Notes: generated by a model from the letters alone, not told the origin. A stretch of DNA of 64,000 bases from Flavobacteriaceae bacterium (GCA_002862705.1 PKDU01000017.1:54894-118893); one strand, 5' to 3'. Counted from the stretch's first letter, positions 16,985-27,933 are shown. Numbers and translations are program-made.

Positions 16985-17974
16985 ATGAAAAAGCACATTG
17001 CTGTAGTAATGGGCGGAACCACATCCGAGCATGCTATTTCGATTAAGAGTGGACAGGTTGTTATCGATAATATCCCGCATGATATTTTTGATGTAAAACC
17101 CGTAGTGATCGCTGCTGAAAAGTGGACTGTTAACCACGAAGGCAACACTCTGGTGCTAAATCAAACTGATTTTTCTTATCAATTTGAAGGAAAAAAATAT
17201 GTTTTTGATGCCGTTTTTATTGCTGTTCACGGTGCGCCAGGCGAAAATGGCGTACTTCAAAAAATCTTAGACAGCGCAAAAGTGCCCTACACGGGCTGCG
17301 CTGCAGCGGTGTCTAAACTGACTTACAACAAGCACAAAACCCTAGAGAAACTTCGTCCTCACGGCATCGCCATGGCAAAAAACACCATTATTAATTCCAA
17401 TTCGGATTGGGACAGCAAAACGCTAGCTACAAGCATTGGGCTGCCCTGCTTTGTAAAGGCTAACAAGGCCGGCAGCAGCTTTGGTGTTGTCAAAGTCAAC
17501 AAGCTAGAAGAAATGTCAGCAGCCATTCGCACGGCACTGGACGAAGACGATGAAGTATTGATTGAAAGCTACTTATCGGGAACAGAAGTTTCCATAGGCG
17601 TAATTGAATATCAAGGAAACGTTCAGGTTTTGGCACCCACTGAAATTGTTACACATAGTGATTTCTTTGACTATGCCGCCAAATATGAGGGAAAATCTGA
17701 GGAAATAACACCAGCCAGACTGTCGCCTGTACAATTGCAGAACCTAAATACAGCGGCGCGAAAAGTATTCCATGTATTGGGCGTAAAAGGCATTAGCAGA
17801 AGTGATTTTATTTTTATGGGTGACACTCCTTATTTTCTAGAACTCAACAGCATTCCTGGACTATCCGCACAAAGTTTATTGCCCATGCAAGCCCAACACG
17901 CAGGTATCGCATTAGGAGATTTGATTGTGGACATGATCAACAGCTGTTTAAAAAACAATACCTTTGAAGCATGA
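16985..17974 (+). CDS. ddl: D-alanine--D-alanine ligase
   Basis: MKKHIAVVMGGTTSEHAISIKSG, HGAPGENGVLQ, and ATP-grasp C-terminal LELNSIPG. An alternative ATG lies at 16955. Confidence 0.92.
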   Translation: MKKHIAVVMGGTTSEHAISIKSGQVVIDNIPHDIFDVKPVVIAAEKWTVNHEGNTLVLNQTDFSYQFEGKKYVFDAVFIAVHGAPGENGVLQKILDSAKVPYTGCAAAVSKLTYNKHKTLEKLRPHGIAMAKNTIINSNSDWDSKTLATSIGLPCFVKANKAGSSFGVVKVNKLEEMSAAIRTALDEDDEVLIESYLSGTEVSIGVIEYQGNVQVLAPTEIVTHSDFFDYAAKYEGKSEEITPARLSPVQLQNLNTAARKVFHVLGVKGISRSDFIFMGDTPYFLELNSIPGLSAQSLLPMQAQHAGIALGDLIVDMINSCLKNNTFEA

Positions 17975-18426
17975 GACGAGCACTATTTCCTGGCTCATTT
18001 GATCCTTTTACCGTTGGGCACCTAGACATCGTTGAACGCGGTGTCAAGATTTTCGATGAAATCGTTATTGGAATTGGAAAAAACAGCGAGAAAAAATATA
18101 TGTTTTCGCTAGAGGAGCGCCTTGCCTTTATCAATACCTTTTTTAAGCAAGATTCACGCATAACCGTTGCTGCTTACGATGGACTGACAATTGATTTTTG
18201 TCGTAAAATTGATGCGGCATTTATTTTACGTGGTGTACGCAACAATGGTGACTTTGAATTTGAAAAAGCCATCGCTAGAACCAATAGGCATTTGTCTAAT
18301 ATTGAAACGGTTTTTCTGCTAACCTCCGCTGAAACATCATACATCAGCAGTAGTATTGTACGCGAACTTATTCGCAACAATGGCGATTACAGCACCTTTA
18401 TTCCTTCCCAAATAAAACTTCCATAA
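17971..18426 (+). CDS. coaD: phosphopantetheine adenylyltransferase
   Basis: 151 aa. ALFPGSFDPFTVGHLDIVERG and ISSSIVRE motifs. Confidence 0.93.
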   Translation: MRRALFPGSFDPFTVGHLDIVERGVKIFDEIVIGIGKNSEKKYMFSLEERLAFINTFFKQDSRITVAAYDGLTIDFCRKIDAAFILRGVRNNGDFEFEKAIARTNRHLSNIETVFLLTSAETSYISSSIVRELIRNNGDYSTFIPSQIKLP

Positions 18427-19018
18427 GCTTCGATTTGTCGAACAAATACGCAATGTTTGGGTACGTTTTTTCGATTGCTTTGGCTGTTTTGTCTTTGTTT
18501 TTCCAGCTTGCCTTGGTAATATCCTCCTTGACTTCAGGAACTAAAGTACCCTTATAACTTGATTTCATAAAAAACCAATGCGATTCTTTAAGTTGATAAC
18601 GGTTGTTGCGTTTAAATATATGATAGGTTATACCAGCAAGTTTGCCGACTTTAATTTTTTTAACCCCTGTTTCTTCTTTTACTTCACGCTTGGCAGCGTC
18701 CTGAAGGCTTTCACCCTTATCGACTTTTCCTTTGGGCAAGTCCCATCTTTTTTTGCGATAGATAAACAACAGTTTCCCGTTTTCATGCTGCACTACACCA
18801 CCAGCAGCAATGGTAACGGGCAGCTTTTTTTTAAAGCCGCTTAAAAGTTTTTTGGGATTCTCGTGAACTAGATAAAGTCGTTTGATGCGCGTTGTACGCA
18901 CGATGCGCAATATTTTTTTGAAAGGCGTTGATGTTAGGGGCAGGACTTTTACTCCATTTCCTTTCGGAGCAGTTGAGGTGAGGATTATCTCCTTTTGATT
19001 GACAAAAACTTTATACAT
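18398..19018 (-). CDS. NUDIX hydrolase
   Basis: Nudix box GKVDKGESLQDAAKREVKEETG. Start MYKVF (19018) is preferred, with alternatives at 19027 and 19102. Confidence 0.8.
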   Translation of the reverse strand: MYKVFVNQKEIILTSTAPKGNGVKVLPLTSTPFKKILRIVRTTRIKRLYLVHENPKKLLSGFKKKLPVTIAAGGVVQHENGKLLFIYRKKRWDLPKGKVDKGESLQDAAKREVKEETGVKKIKVGKLAGITYHIFKRNNRYQLKESHWFFMKSSYKGTLVPEVKEDITKASWKNKDKTAKAIEKTYPNIAYLFDKSKLMEVLFGKE

Positions 19019-19021
19019 TTG
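19014..19021 (+). promoter_or_regulatory. candidate -7 box TACATTTG, 4 nt before the pyrE ATG
   Basis: Matches TAnnTTTG. It lies over the NUDIX start region on the opposite strand. Confidence 0.35.
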
Positions 19022-19025
19022 CGCC

Positions 19026-19670
19026 ATGCCTAAGGAACCCTCTACCGCAAAAAAAGTATCAGAATACCTATTACAAATTAAAGCAATAAAGCTTGAACCC
19101 AAAAATCCATTTACTTGGGCCAGCGGTTGGCAGTCGCCAATCTATTGTGATAATCGGATAACACTCTCTTTTCCAGAGATAAGAAGGTTTTTGGGTCAAG
19201 CGATGGCAAACGAAATCAAAACAAATTATCCACAAACAAAAGCCATTGCGGGTGTAGCAACGGGTGCCATTGGCATAGGTATGTTGGTAGCAGAAGCGCT
19301 TGATTTACCGTTTATGTATGTACGCCCCCAACCTAAAAAACACGGGCGACAAAATCAGATTGAAGGGCAATATGATGTTGGTGCACCAACTGTTGTGGTT
19401 GAAGACTTAATCAGTACGGGTAAGAGCAGCCTCCAAGCGATCGATGCCTTACGGAATGCAAACATCAATGTCCTTGGTATGTTAGCCCTCTTTAGCTATG
19501 AATTTGATGTTGCTGAAGCGAATATGAAAGATGCAGCGGTTGAACTGACGACCCTTTCTGGGTACAATACATTGATAGAAACCGCAGTTGCAGCTGGATA
19601 TATTGAGCCAGAGCAAGAAGAAGTATTAAAACAATGGCGTAAAGCACCGGCGCTTTGGTCACCTAAATAA
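19026..19670 (+). CDS. pyrE: orotate phosphoribosyltransferase
   Basis: SGWQSPIYCDNR and the PRPP loop VVVEDLISTGKSS. ATG 19026 is preferred over 18999. Confidence 0.92.
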   Translation: MPKEPSTAKKVSEYLLQIKAIKLEPKNPFTWASGWQSPIYCDNRITLSFPEIRRFLGQAMANEIKTNYPQTKAIAGVATGAIGIGMLVAEALDLPFMYVRPQPKKHGRQNQIEGQYDVGAPTVVVEDLISTGKSSLQAIDALRNANINVLGMLALFSYEFDVAEANMKDAAVELTTLSGYNTLIETAVAAGYIEPEQEEVLKQWRKAPALWSPK

Positions 19671-19678
19671 TCGTTAAA

Positions 19679-20065
19679 ATGAAACTAGAAAGCAGCATTG
19701 CTACGGTAGCAAAACCCATTGAAGACGTTTTCGAACAACTCACACGAGCAAGCACCTACGAACAGCTTATGCCTGAGGAAGCGAGCTTCAAAATAAAAGA
19801 CGAAAAGCACTTTAGTTTCAAGCTAGGAAGCATGCCCGTAATTCCGTTAAAACTAGAACGACAAACACCTAATACGCAGATTGTTATGGCAGCTGATGGC
19901 GGAAACGTTCCCTTTGAGTTGCATGCCAACCTGGAAGCGGTTGACGGAGAGACAAAAATTCAATTGGTATTTGAGGGCAACATCAATCCGATGATGCAAA
20001 TGATGGTTAAGAAACCGCTCACCCAGTTTCTCGAAGCACTTATTGCTAATACTGGAAAGCTGTAA
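19679..20065 (+). CDS. SRPBCC-fold (polyketide cyclase/START-like) small protein
   Basis: 128 aa with a beta-rich pattern and a C-terminal helix. Assigned by general resemblance only. Confidence 0.45.
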   Translation: MKLESSIATVAKPIEDVFEQLTRASTYEQLMPEEASFKIKDEKHFSFKLGSMPVIPLKLERQTPNTQIVMAADGGNVPFELHANLEAVDGETKIQLVFEGNINPMMQMMVKKPLTQFLEALIANTGKL

Positions 20066-20774
20066 AGACCAACGTTTTTTCTTCATAAGCGTTAGTGTCT
20101 CCATTTTCGTTAACAACCACCAATTTCCCGTCTGGTGACACCCCCGTAATTTTCCCTTGAAAGGAAGCGCCGTCTTTGGTTTTAAAAGCGCACATCTCAT
20201 TTATTTTATACAACACACTTAGGTAGCGCTCGTGGTCTACTTGATCAGAAAGAACAGCGGCTGTAATATTTTTTGCTAATAATTCAAACAAAGGACCAAT
20301 TTCATGATTTTGTTTTGTGCTAGATTTAATGGAAGCGGCAAAGGGTAATGAGGGGTCAAATTTTTCTTGATTTACATTAAGTCCGCAGCCGACAATCACG
20401 CCTGTCATTTGCTTTCCACGCATGATGGGTTCAATCAAAACACCACCTATTTTTTTATTGGCTGACAAAATGTCGTTTGGCCACTTGATGCGCAATTCAG
20501 GAATTTTTAGGGGTGCAAGGGTATCCACAATGGCCAGGCACACTTGTTTGTTTAGGTTAAACGTGTTGTTTTGATGATGGGCTGTATTACCTACATAGAC
20601 TGAGCCCGTCAGGTTTAAGTTAGCTTCTGAAAGCCATTTTGTTCCCATCCTACCGCGTCCTTCGGTTTGGTGTTCCGCCCAAACCGCTATGCTTTCATGT
20701 GCTTTGCTTTGCTGCACCCACTGCTTTAAAAAGCTGTTGGTGGAGGGGGTGGCACTAAGTTTGATTATTAGCAT
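20046..20774 (-). CDS. birA: biotin--[acetyl-CoA-carboxylase] ligase
   Basis: EHQTEGRGRMGTKW (GRGRxGxxW motif) and KWPNDIL. ATG 20774 is preferred over the track start 20849. Confidence 0.88.
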   Translation of the reverse strand: MLIIKLSATPSTNSFLKQWVQQSKAHESIAVWAEHQTEGRGRMGTKWLSEANLNLTGSVYVGNTAHHQNNTFNLNKQVCLAIVDTLAPLKIPELRIKWPNDILSANKKIGGVLIEPIMRGKQMTGVIVGCGLNVNQEKFDPSLPFAASIKSSTKQNHEIGPLFELLAKNITAAVLSDQVDHERYLSVLYKINEMCAFKTKDGASFQGKITGVSPDGKLVVVNENGDTNAYEEKTLVFTAFQY

Positions 20775-20777
20775 ATA

Positions 20778-20785
20778 CAAAAGTA
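20778..20785 (-). promoter_or_regulatory. candidate -7 box TACTTTTG, 3 nt before the birA ATG
   Basis: Matches TAnnTTTG on the minus strand. Confidence 0.3.
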
Positions 20786-20799
20786 TGCGTTTTGTGAAG

Positions 20800-20807
20800 T
20801 AATTTTG
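20800..20807 (+). promoter_or_regulatory. candidate -7 box TAATTTTG (rsfS-ftsH operon)
   Basis: Matches TAnnTTTG, 35 nt upstream of the ATG at 20843. Confidence 0.35.
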
Positions 20808-20842
20808 CAAATAACAATTACATTTACACTGACAAGTATTGC

Positions 20843-21211
20843 ATGACAAAGAAAAAAAATACGGATACGCTTCTAACGCACATAATTGAAGGTATTGAAG
20901 AGGTAAAAGGAGAAGACATCAACGTTCTAGATTTACGTGAAATAGAAAACAACGTATGCAAGTACTTTGTCGTATGTTCAGGTAACTCCAACACACAAGT
21001 TCGTGCCATTTCTGGAGCCGTTCAAAAAGGGGTAAGTAAAGCCGTTCAGGAAAAACCTTGGCATGTTGAGGGGCTTGAGACAAGTGAATGGATATTGATG
21101 GATTTTGTGGATATTGTAGTGCACATTTTTCAAAAACAAACACGTTCTCACTACGACATTGAATCGCTTTGGGGCGATGCCAAGCAAACGCTAATAGAGT
21201 CTAAACACTAA
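20843..21211 (+). CDS. rsfS: ribosome silencing factor RsfS
   Basis: 122 aa. KGEDINVLDLR...YFVVCSGNSNTQVRAI...WILMDFVDIVVHIF matches the iojap/RsfS pattern. Confidence 0.9.
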   Translation: MTKKKNTDTLLTHIIEGIEEVKGEDINVLDLREIENNVCKYFVVCSGNSNTQVRAISGAVQKGVSKAVQEKPWHVEGLETSEWILMDFVDIVVHIFQKQTRSHYDIESLWGDAKQTLIESKH

Positions 21212-21214
21212 AAC

Positions 21215-23233
21215 ATGGCCAAAAAAGAAAAAACACCACCTAAAAAACCAGCCATAAATTCCTATTGGCTATATGCGAGTATCATACTTTTCTTTATTGG
21301 TATGTCATTTTTTGGCGGCAGCGACGGCATGTCTAGCGACCAAAAAATTAATATCTCGGCCTTTGAAAACTACCTCAACGATGGCGAAGTAAGTAAGGTT
21401 GTTGTTGTCAATAAAAAGACCGCACAAGTGACCCTAACGGAAACTGCGCTTACAGAAACCAAACACAGTAAGGCCACTAAAAAGGACTTACTGGGTCGTA
21501 AAAACAGCAGTGGTCCGCACTACCAATTTGAGGTTGGTAACCTCGAGCTTTTCCAAAAGAAGTTAGAAGCCGCTGAAGAAAAAGGCATTTCCTTTTCCTA
21601 TGAATTTGAAACGGTTGAAAGCCGTTGGCTGGATGTATTACTTGGCTTTTTACCACTTATACTAATCATTGCCGTGTGGTTGTTTATCATGCGACGTATG
21701 TCTGGTGGCGGTGCTGGAGGCGGTGGCGCACAAATATTCAATATTGGCAAATCGAAAGCCAAACTGTTTGATGAAAAAACCGATGTTAAAATAACATTTA
21801 AAGACGTTGCAGGCTTAGAAGGTGCCAAAGAAGAAGTTCAAGAGATTGTAGATTTTCTAAAAAATCCAACAAAGTATACTGTGTTGGGTGGGAAAATTCC
21901 AAAAGGTGCCTTATTGGTAGGACCTCCTGGCACAGGAAAAACCTTACTGGCCAAGGCTGTTGCGGGTGAGGCCAAAGTACCTTTCTTTTCGTTGTCTGGC
22001 TCTGATTTTGTTGAAATGTTTGTGGGCGTAGGTGCGTCGCGTGTGCGTGATTTGTTTAAGCAAGCAAAAGACAAATCACCCGCCATTATATTTATTGATG
22101 AAATTGATGCCATTGGACGCGCAAGGGGGAAAAATAACATTACTGGTTCGAATGATGAACGTGAAAATACGCTCAACCAGCTGCTTACCGAAATGGACGG
22201 CTTTGGCACCAACACCAATGTGATTGTTGTTGCCGCCACCAACCGCGCCGATGTATTAGACAAGGCATTGATGCGTGCCGGACGCTTTGATCGACAGATT
22301 TATGTTGACCTTCCCGATTTAAATGAACGTAAAGAAATTTTTAAAGTGCACCTAAAGCCACTGAAGGCAGACACCAAACTAGATGTTGATTTTTTGGCCA
22401 AACAAACCCCGGGCTTTTCTGGAGCCGACATTGCCAACGCATGTAATGAGTCGGCATTGATTGCGGCCAGAAAAAACAAGAAAAAAGTAGGGCGTCAAGA
22501 TTTCTTGGATGCTGTTGACCGTATTGTTGGCGGACTTGAAAAGAAAAGTAAAATCATTACGCCAGAAGAAAAGAAGACCATCGCTTTTCACGAAGCAGGT
22601 CACGCTACTGTTAGTTGGATGTTGGAACACGCTGCACCACTTGTTAAGGTTACCATTGTGCCCAGAGGACAATCCTTAGGAGCGGCTTGGTATTTACCCG
22701 AAGAAAGACAAATCGTTCGCACAGAACAAATGTTAGACGAAATGTGTGCTACGCTTGGTGGTAGGGCTGCTGAAAGCATCATATTCAATAAAATTTCAAC
22801 AGGCGCATTAAGCGACTTGGTAAAAGTTACCCAACAGGCCAGAGCCATGGTAACCATTTACGGCTTAAACAATAAGATTGGAAACATTACCTATTATCAA
22901 ACTAGCGATAGCGAGTATGGTTTTACCAAGCCGTATTCGGAAGAAACAGCTAAAACAATCGATTCGGAGATTTCTCATATTGTCGAAAAAGAATACAATC
23001 GAGCCATACAACTACTCAAAAAACACAAAGACAAGCTAACAGAACTTGCAGAGTACCTGCTGGAGAAAGAAGTCATTTTTAAGGACGATCTGGAGCGTAT
23101 TTTTGGCAAGCGACCTTTTGAAAAACCAGAGGCTGAAGCACCAAAAGCAGCAGCCAAGCCAAAAGCAGCGGCCAAAAAGACCGTTAAAACAGTCAAGGCG
23201 AAAGATTCTACAAAAACAAATGATGCCAACTAA
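21215..23233 (+). CDS. ftsH: ATP-dependent zinc metalloprotease FtsH
   Basis: 672 aa. Two N-terminal TM segments, Walker [22 protein letters not shown] region, HEAGHA zinc motif, and a Lys/Ala-rich tail. Confidence 0.97.
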   Translation: MAKKEKTPPKKPAINSYWLYASIILFFIGMSFFGGSDGMSSDQKINISAFENYLNDGEVSKVVVVNKKTAQVTLTETALTETKHSKATKKDLLGRKNSSGPHYQFEVGNLELFQKKLEAAEEKGISFSYEFETVESRWLDVLLGFLPLILIIAVWLFIMRRMSGGGAGGGGAQIFNIGKSKAKLFDEKTDVKITFKDVAGLEGAKEEVQEIVDFLKNPTKYTVLGGKIPKGALLVGPPGTGKTLLAKAVAGEAKVPFFSLSGSDFVEMFVGVGASRVRDLFKQAKDKSPAIIFIDEIDAIGRARGKNNITGSNDERENTLNQLLTEMDGFGTNTNVIVVAATNRADVLDKALMRAGRFDRQIYVDLPDLNERKEIFKVHLKPLKADTKLDVDFLAKQTPGFSGADIANACNESALIAARKNKKKVGRQDFLDAVDRIVGGLEKKSKIITPEEKKTIAFHEAGHATVSWMLEHAAPLVKVTIVPRGQSLGAAWYLPEERQIVRTEQMLDEMCATLGGRAAESIIFNKISTGALSDLVKVTQQARAMVTIYGLNNKIGNITYYQTSDSEYGFTKPYSEETAKTIDSEISHIVEKEYNRAIQLLKKHKDKLTELAEYLLEKEVIFKDDLERIFGKRPFEKPEAEAPKAAAKPKAAAKKTVKTVKAKDSTKTNDAN

Positions 23234-23241
23234 TTCACGAT

Positions 23242-23261
23242 TTGTTACCTTTGTGTAACAA
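23242..23261 (+). terminator. candidate hairpin after ftsH (no U-tract)
   Basis: TTGTTAC-ctttgt-GTAACAA, 9 nt after the ftsH stop. Confidence 0.25.
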
Positions 23262-23270
23262 CCCTAATGC

Positions 23271-23885
23271 GTGAGTAAGTTCTGGTCAAATATTTTTGGA
23301 AAAAAAACGACTCCCAAAGAAGAGGTCGTTGAGGAAGAACGGGGGCCACACATGCCACCCAAAGAACTTCCAATCGAACAAACATTTGCAAAAAAGTTCA
23401 CGGCTTGTGGCGGAAAGTTTGTCTATTGTGAAACTTTACAAGATGCAAAAGATGCCTATCTTTCTTTTGTAAATGAATATCCCACCGAAATACGAGAGTT
23501 GTTTTGTTTAGAGCCCGTTCTAACAAAAAAAATAGACGCTGGTATTACACTTACCAAAACTAATCTCAACGCAAAAGTCATGCTATGCAGCTGCGAATCC
23601 TTAGTAGCTTACGATGGAAGTATTGTGGTCTGCGAACGTCAATTGGGTTCCAACAAATTGGCAGACTTGCCAGAAACTTTATTGATTCTGGCTGGCACAC
23701 GTCAGTTTTCGAAAACCGTTTCTGAAGGTTTGAAAAGCATCAAACATCGCTATGCCGATAATATTCCGTTAAATATCACCTCAATAAAGCAATTTAAAAC
23801 AGACGTGATGAGCGACGAAAACTACATGAACTATGGGAGTAGTGTCAAGGAAGTGTACTTGCTTTTACTTGAAGATTTTTCATGA
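23271..23885 (+). CDS. LUD (LutC/YkgG-like) domain protein
   Basis: 204 aa with a GTG start. General resemblance to the lactate-utilisation C domain. No catalytic motif was checked. Confidence 0.45.
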   Translation: MSKFWSNIFGKKTTPKEEVVEEERGPHMPPKELPIEQTFAKKFTACGGKFVYCETLQDAKDAYLSFVNEYPTEIRELFCLEPVLTKKIDAGITLTKTNLNAKVMLCSCESLVAYDGSIVVCERQLGSNKLADLPETLLILAGTRQFSKTVSEGLKSIKHRYADNIPLNITSIKQFKTDVMSDENYMNYGSSVKEVYLLLLEDFS

Positions 23886-24655
23886 ATTTTTTAATTCGTT
23901 CTTTAACTTCTTTTCTTTATGTTGGGTTGCTCCTAGGCAGCCTTTACATAGATGCTACCCTTTTTACTGTGGTGCTTTTTCTAATTGCAATTATAGCGCA
24001 ATGGGAACTCCAAAAAATTACCAACAAAAAAATTATTTTAAGCTACCTTTTCTTTCCCCTTACTTATGTTGCGGTTCAAGTAAACCTCGAATACCACCTT
24101 TATCTAGTTGGCGTAGCAGTTGTTGGGTGTTTGGGAATGTTGGGTTTTTTTAGCAATTCAAAGCAGTTGCGTTACAGCAAAGCAGCTGTGTATTTTTTGA
24201 GCTTGTTTCAAATCTGTATACCATTGCTCTTACTCGCGCAGTTAGGAAAATCCAATCCCATCTATGTGCTGTATTTTTTTGGTATTATATGGCTAAGCGA
24301 TACTGGCGCATATGTAATTGGTTCATTGTTTGGAAAACGAAAACTAGCGCCCAGCATTTCGCCCAATAAAACAATTGAGGGAAGCCTAGGCGGAGTCCTT
24401 GTTGCTACGGCAGCTCTATTGTATGCCGCTGACATAGAAAATTTCCAATACAGTTGGGTCCTAATTTTAGTGGTGACTGCCATATCAGGCGCATTAGGAG
24501 ATTTGGTACAATCGAAAATAAAACGGGTTTGTGGCGTCAAGGACAGCGGAAATATTTTGCCAGGACATGGTGGAATTTACGACCGCATCGACAGTTCGAT
24601 ATTAGCTGCACCGATATATATATTATTGTTGAATTTATTCGCTTATGTTTCATAA
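23882..24655 (+). CDS. cdsA: phosphatidate cytidylyltransferase
   Basis: 257 aa, polytopic. SDTGAYVIGSLFGKRKLAPSISPNKTIEGSLGG and GHGGIYDRIDS signatures. Confidence 0.92.
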   Translation: MNFLIRSLTSFLYVGLLLGSLYIDATLFTVVLFLIAIIAQWELQKITNKKIILSYLFFPLTYVAVQVNLEYHLYLVGVAVVGCLGMLGFFSNSKQLRYSKAAVYFLSLFQICIPLLLLAQLGKSNPIYVLYFFGIIWLSDTGAYVIGSLFGKRKLAPSISPNKTIEGSLGGVLVATAALLYAADIENFQYSWVLILVVTAISGALGDLVQSKIKRVCGVKDSGNILPGHGGIYDRIDSSILAAPIYILLLNLFAYVS

Positions 24656-25298
24656 AGAAGGCTTTACCATCATCATCGTAAGTTTTGTAATCATAGCCGT
24701 GGCTGCATTATTGGCAGAGCAGTTTATAGGCCTTAAGTGGTTGCGTATCGCACTCCAACTTATATTGCTTTTATTTCTGGTGTTGATACTGCAGTTTTTC
24801 AGAAATCCCGACCGACCGCCTCTTGCACTTGAAAACGCCGTTGTATCGCCTGTAGATGGAAAAGTGGTTATCGTAAAAGAAGTTGAGGAACCCGAATATT
24901 TTAAGGGCAAAAGACTACAGGTATCTATTTTTATGTCTCCCTTAAATGTACACGTAACCCGATATCCTGTTTCTGGCAAGGTTGTGTTTAGTAAATACCA
25001 CCCTGGTAAATACCTTGTTGCCTGGCATCCAAAATCATCAACCTTGAATGAAAGAACCACCATTGTGGTTGATAACCCAACTTATGGCGAAGTGCTTTAC
25101 CGCCAAATTGCAGGAGCAGTAGCTAGACGTATTGTGAACTATGCCGAAGAAGGACAAGCGGTTACGCAAGGAACAGATGCTGGTTTTATCAAGTTTGGAT
25201 CTAGAGTTGACGTATTCCTACCCATCGAAACACCCGTGCTTGTTAAAGAAGGGCAATTCGTAAAAGGGGGTGTGGCGCTTATTGCGTCAAAAAATTAA
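24645..25298 (+). CDS. psd: phosphatidylserine decarboxylase family protein (short form)
   Basis: 217 aa with an N-terminal TM region. The FGSRVDVF self-cleavage (G-S) motif is near the C-terminus. Confidence 0.85.
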   Translation: MFHKEGFTIIIVSFVIIAVAALLAEQFIGLKWLRIALQLILLLFLVLILQFFRNPDRPPLALENAVVSPVDGKVVIVKEVEEPEYFKGKRLQVSIFMSPLNVHVTRYPVSGKVVFSKYHPGKYLVAWHPKSSTLNERTTIVVDNPTYGEVLYRQIAGAVARRIVNYAEEGQAVTQGTDAGFIKFGSRVDVFLPIETPVLVKEGQFVKGGVALIASKN

Positions 25299-27913
25299 AG
25301 CGCTGAAAGGCGTGCTTTAAGTGCCGCTATTTTGGTTTGCGCATCCTCCGCTTTCTTTCGTTCGATTGCCACAACTTGTTCAGGTGCATTTGAAACAAAA
25401 CGCTCGTTTGTTAGCTTTTTTTCCACTGAACGCAAGAACCCTTCTTGATAAGCCAGTTCTTCTTCCATCTTGTTGCGCTCCTCCTCAATATTAGAAGCAG
25501 TTACAGGTACAAAATACTCATGTGCGTTTACCCTAAATGAAATTGCTTGCTCCGGTGCTTTTGCCGATGTATCCCAAGTTTGAATATTTACCAACTTCTC
25601 AACTATAGGTCTTAGTGAAATATTGTCTTGGGTAGTTTCCACCAAGTCCAACGGCTCTTTGAAAGAAATGTTTTGCGCTTTGCGAACAGTTCGCAATTGT
25701 GCGACTAAGGCCGCTGTGTGATCAAATTGGTCTAAAATAGCTGTATCAACCCTTTTTTGGGTTGGCCAATCCGAAACAATCAAAGCTTCGTCCTTGGCAC
25801 GGTCTTTAAGCGCATGCCACAGTTCTTCTGACAGAAAGGGCATAAAGGGGTGCAAAAGGCGTAAGTTATCTTCAAAGAGCACACATACTTTTGCATAGGT
25901 CTCACGATCAATTCCCGTATTGTAAGCCGGCTTAACGATTTCCAAAAGCCAAGAACAGAAGTCGTCCCAAATAAGCCTGTACGTGGACATTAGGGCATCA
26001 GAGATGCGGTATTTACTAAAGTGGTCATCAATGGTAGCCAATGTTTGTTGAAACTTGGCTGAGTACCAGTCAATACCTGCAGTTGCAGTAGCACATGTTT
26101 CTAAGGTTTCGTCTACCTCCCATTGCTGTATCAATCGGAAAGCATTCCAAGTTTTATTGGCAAAGTTTTTTCCTTGTTGACAAAGGTTTTCGTCAAACAA
26201 CAGATCATTCCCTGCCGCCGCACTTAAAAGTAAGCCCACGCGTACGCCGTCGGCACCGTAGGTTTCCATAAGTTTAATCGCATCGGGAGAATTACCGAGT
26301 TGCTTGGACATTTTTCTTCCTTGCCCATCTCGAACAAGTCCTGTGAGGTAAACATGGGAAAATGGTTTTTCGTCGCGTAAGGCAAAGCCAGACATGATCA
26401 TTCTTGCTACCCAAAAGAAAAGAATATCAGGACCTGTAACCAAGTCCTGTGTGGGGTAGTAGTAGGAGATTTCTTTATTGTCAGGTTCCAACACACCATT
26501 AAAAACCGATATGGGCCACAGCCATGAAGAAAACCACGTATCAAGCACATCTGGGTCTTGATGAAGGTCATCTAACGTCAGTGCTGCATTACCACTGTCG
26601 ACCTTTGCTTTTTCAAGGGCTGCCGATTTGGTGTCAGCTACCACCACATGTTCGCTGTTGGGGCCATAGTAATACGCCGGGATTTGATGTCCCCACCACA
26701 GCTGTCTTGAGATATTCCAGTCACGGATATTGTTCATCCAGTGTCGGTAGGTGTTGATAAACTTTTTTGGCACCAATTGTACATCGTCCTCTTCAACTGC
26801 GTCAATAGCTGGTTTGGCTAAATCTGCCATTTTCAAGAACCATTGATCAGACAAACGAGGCTCTATAACGGCCTTTGTTCTTTCCGAAGTACCAACCTTG
26901 TGTACATGAGGGGTTATTTTTACAAGAGCACCAGCGGCCTCTAACTCTTTTACCACGGCTTTGCGTACCTCAAACCTGTCTTTGCCTTGGTAATGCAAGC
27001 CTTGATGGTTGAGGGTGGCATCGGGGTTGAAAATATCAACAACATCCAATTTGTGCTTTTCGCCTAAGGCCTTGTCATTTTCATCATGCGCCGGGGTCAC
27101 TTTCAAACAGCCTGTTCCTAACTCTAAACTGACATATGCATCTTTGATGATGGGCACAACTCTATTAACAATCGGGACTATGGCTTTTTTACCATGCAGT
27201 GCTAGATAACGTTCGTCTTCCGGATGAATGGCAACAGCCGTGTCACCAAAAAGGGTTTCAGGTCTTGTTGTGGCTACAACTACTTTTTCGTCGCTGCCTT
27301 CAATAGCATACGCGATGTGGTAAAGATTTCCTTGTCGCTCCTCGTAAATGACCTCCTCGTCTGAAAGTGTGGTTTGTGCTTCGGGATCCCAATGCACCAT
27401 GCGAAAACCACGGTAAATCATTCCTTTGTTATACAGGTCAACAAAGATCTTAATAACAGAAGCAGACATTTCGGGGTCGAGAGTAAATTTGGCGCGATCC
27501 CAATCACAAGTGCACCCTAATTTTTTTAATTGATCGAGAATAATACCACCGTGTTCATGTGTCCATTCCCAAGCGTGTTCTAAAAAAGCTTCTCGTCCAA
27601 TTTCATTCTTGTCTATGCCTTGGCTTTTAAGCTTGTTTACCACTTTTGCTTCTGTCGCAATAGAGGCATGATCGGTACCTGGCACCCAACAAGCGTTGTA
27701 TCCTCGCATGCGTGCGCGACGAATCAATACATCTTGAAGTGTATTGTTCATCAAATGTCCCATGTGCAGTACGCCCGTCACGTTTGGTGGAGGAATCACT
27801 ATGGTGTAGGGTTCGCGGGAGTCTGGTGTAGAACGAAAATAATTATTCGCTGTCCAGTAGTCATACCACTTTTGCTCGACGTCTTTTGGTGTGAATTTTG
27901 ATGGTATGGACAT
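25295..27913 (-). CDS. valS: valine--tRNA ligase
   Basis: 872 aa. PPPNVTGVLHMGH (HIGH), KMSKQLGN (KMSKS), and a coiled-coil C-terminus. Confidence 0.97.
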   Translation of the reverse strand: MSIPSKFTPKDVEQKWYDYWTANNYFRSTPDSREPYTIVIPPPNVTGVLHMGHLMNNTLQDVLIRRARMRGYNACWVPGTDHASIATEAKVVNKLKSQGIDKNEIGREAFLEHAWEWTHEHGGIILDQLKKLGCTCDWDRAKFTLDPEMSASVIKIFVDLYNKGMIYRGFRMVHWDPEAQTTLSDEEVIYEERQGNLYHIAYAIEGSDEKVVVATTRPETLFGDTAVAIHPEDERYLALHGKKAIVPIVNRVVPIIKDAYVSLELGTGCLKVTPAHDENDKALGEKHKLDVVDIFNPDATLNHQGLHYQGKDRFEVRKAVVKELEAAGALVKITPHVHKVGTSERTKAVIEPRLSDQWFLKMADLAKPAIDAVEEDDVQLVPKKFINTYRHWMNNIRDWNISRQLWWGHQIPAYYYGPNSEHVVVADTKSAALEKAKVDSGNAALTLDDLHQDPDVLDTWFSSWLWPISVFNGVLEPDNKEISYYYPTQDLVTGPDILFFWVARMIMSGFALRDEKPFSHVYLTGLVRDGQGRKMSKQLGNSPDAIKLMETYGADGVRVGLLLSAAAGNDLLFDENLCQQGKNFANKTWNAFRLIQQWEVDETLETCATATAGIDWYSAKFQQTLATIDDHFSKYRISDALMSTYRLIWDDFCSWLLEIVKPAYNTGIDRETYAKVCVLFEDNLRLLHPFMPFLSEELWHALKDRAKDEALIVSDWPTQKRVDTAILDQFDHTAALVAQLRTVRKAQNISFKEPLDLVETTQDNISLRPIVEKLVNIQTWDTSAKAPEQAISFRVNAHEYFVPVTASNIEEERNKMEEELAYQEGFLRSVEKKLTNERFVSNAPEQVVAIERKKAEDAQTKIAALKARLSAL

Positions 27914-27933
27914 GCGTTAGTGCTTATTATGCG

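Noticed and set aside
23139-23178. Tandem DNA repeat CCAAAAGCAGC(A/G)GCCAA encoding [11 protein letters not shown] in the FtsH tail.
   Set aside because: It is a two-unit low-complexity Lys/Ala tail at the very C-terminus. Such disordered tails are common on FtsH and there is no sign of a larger repeat array.
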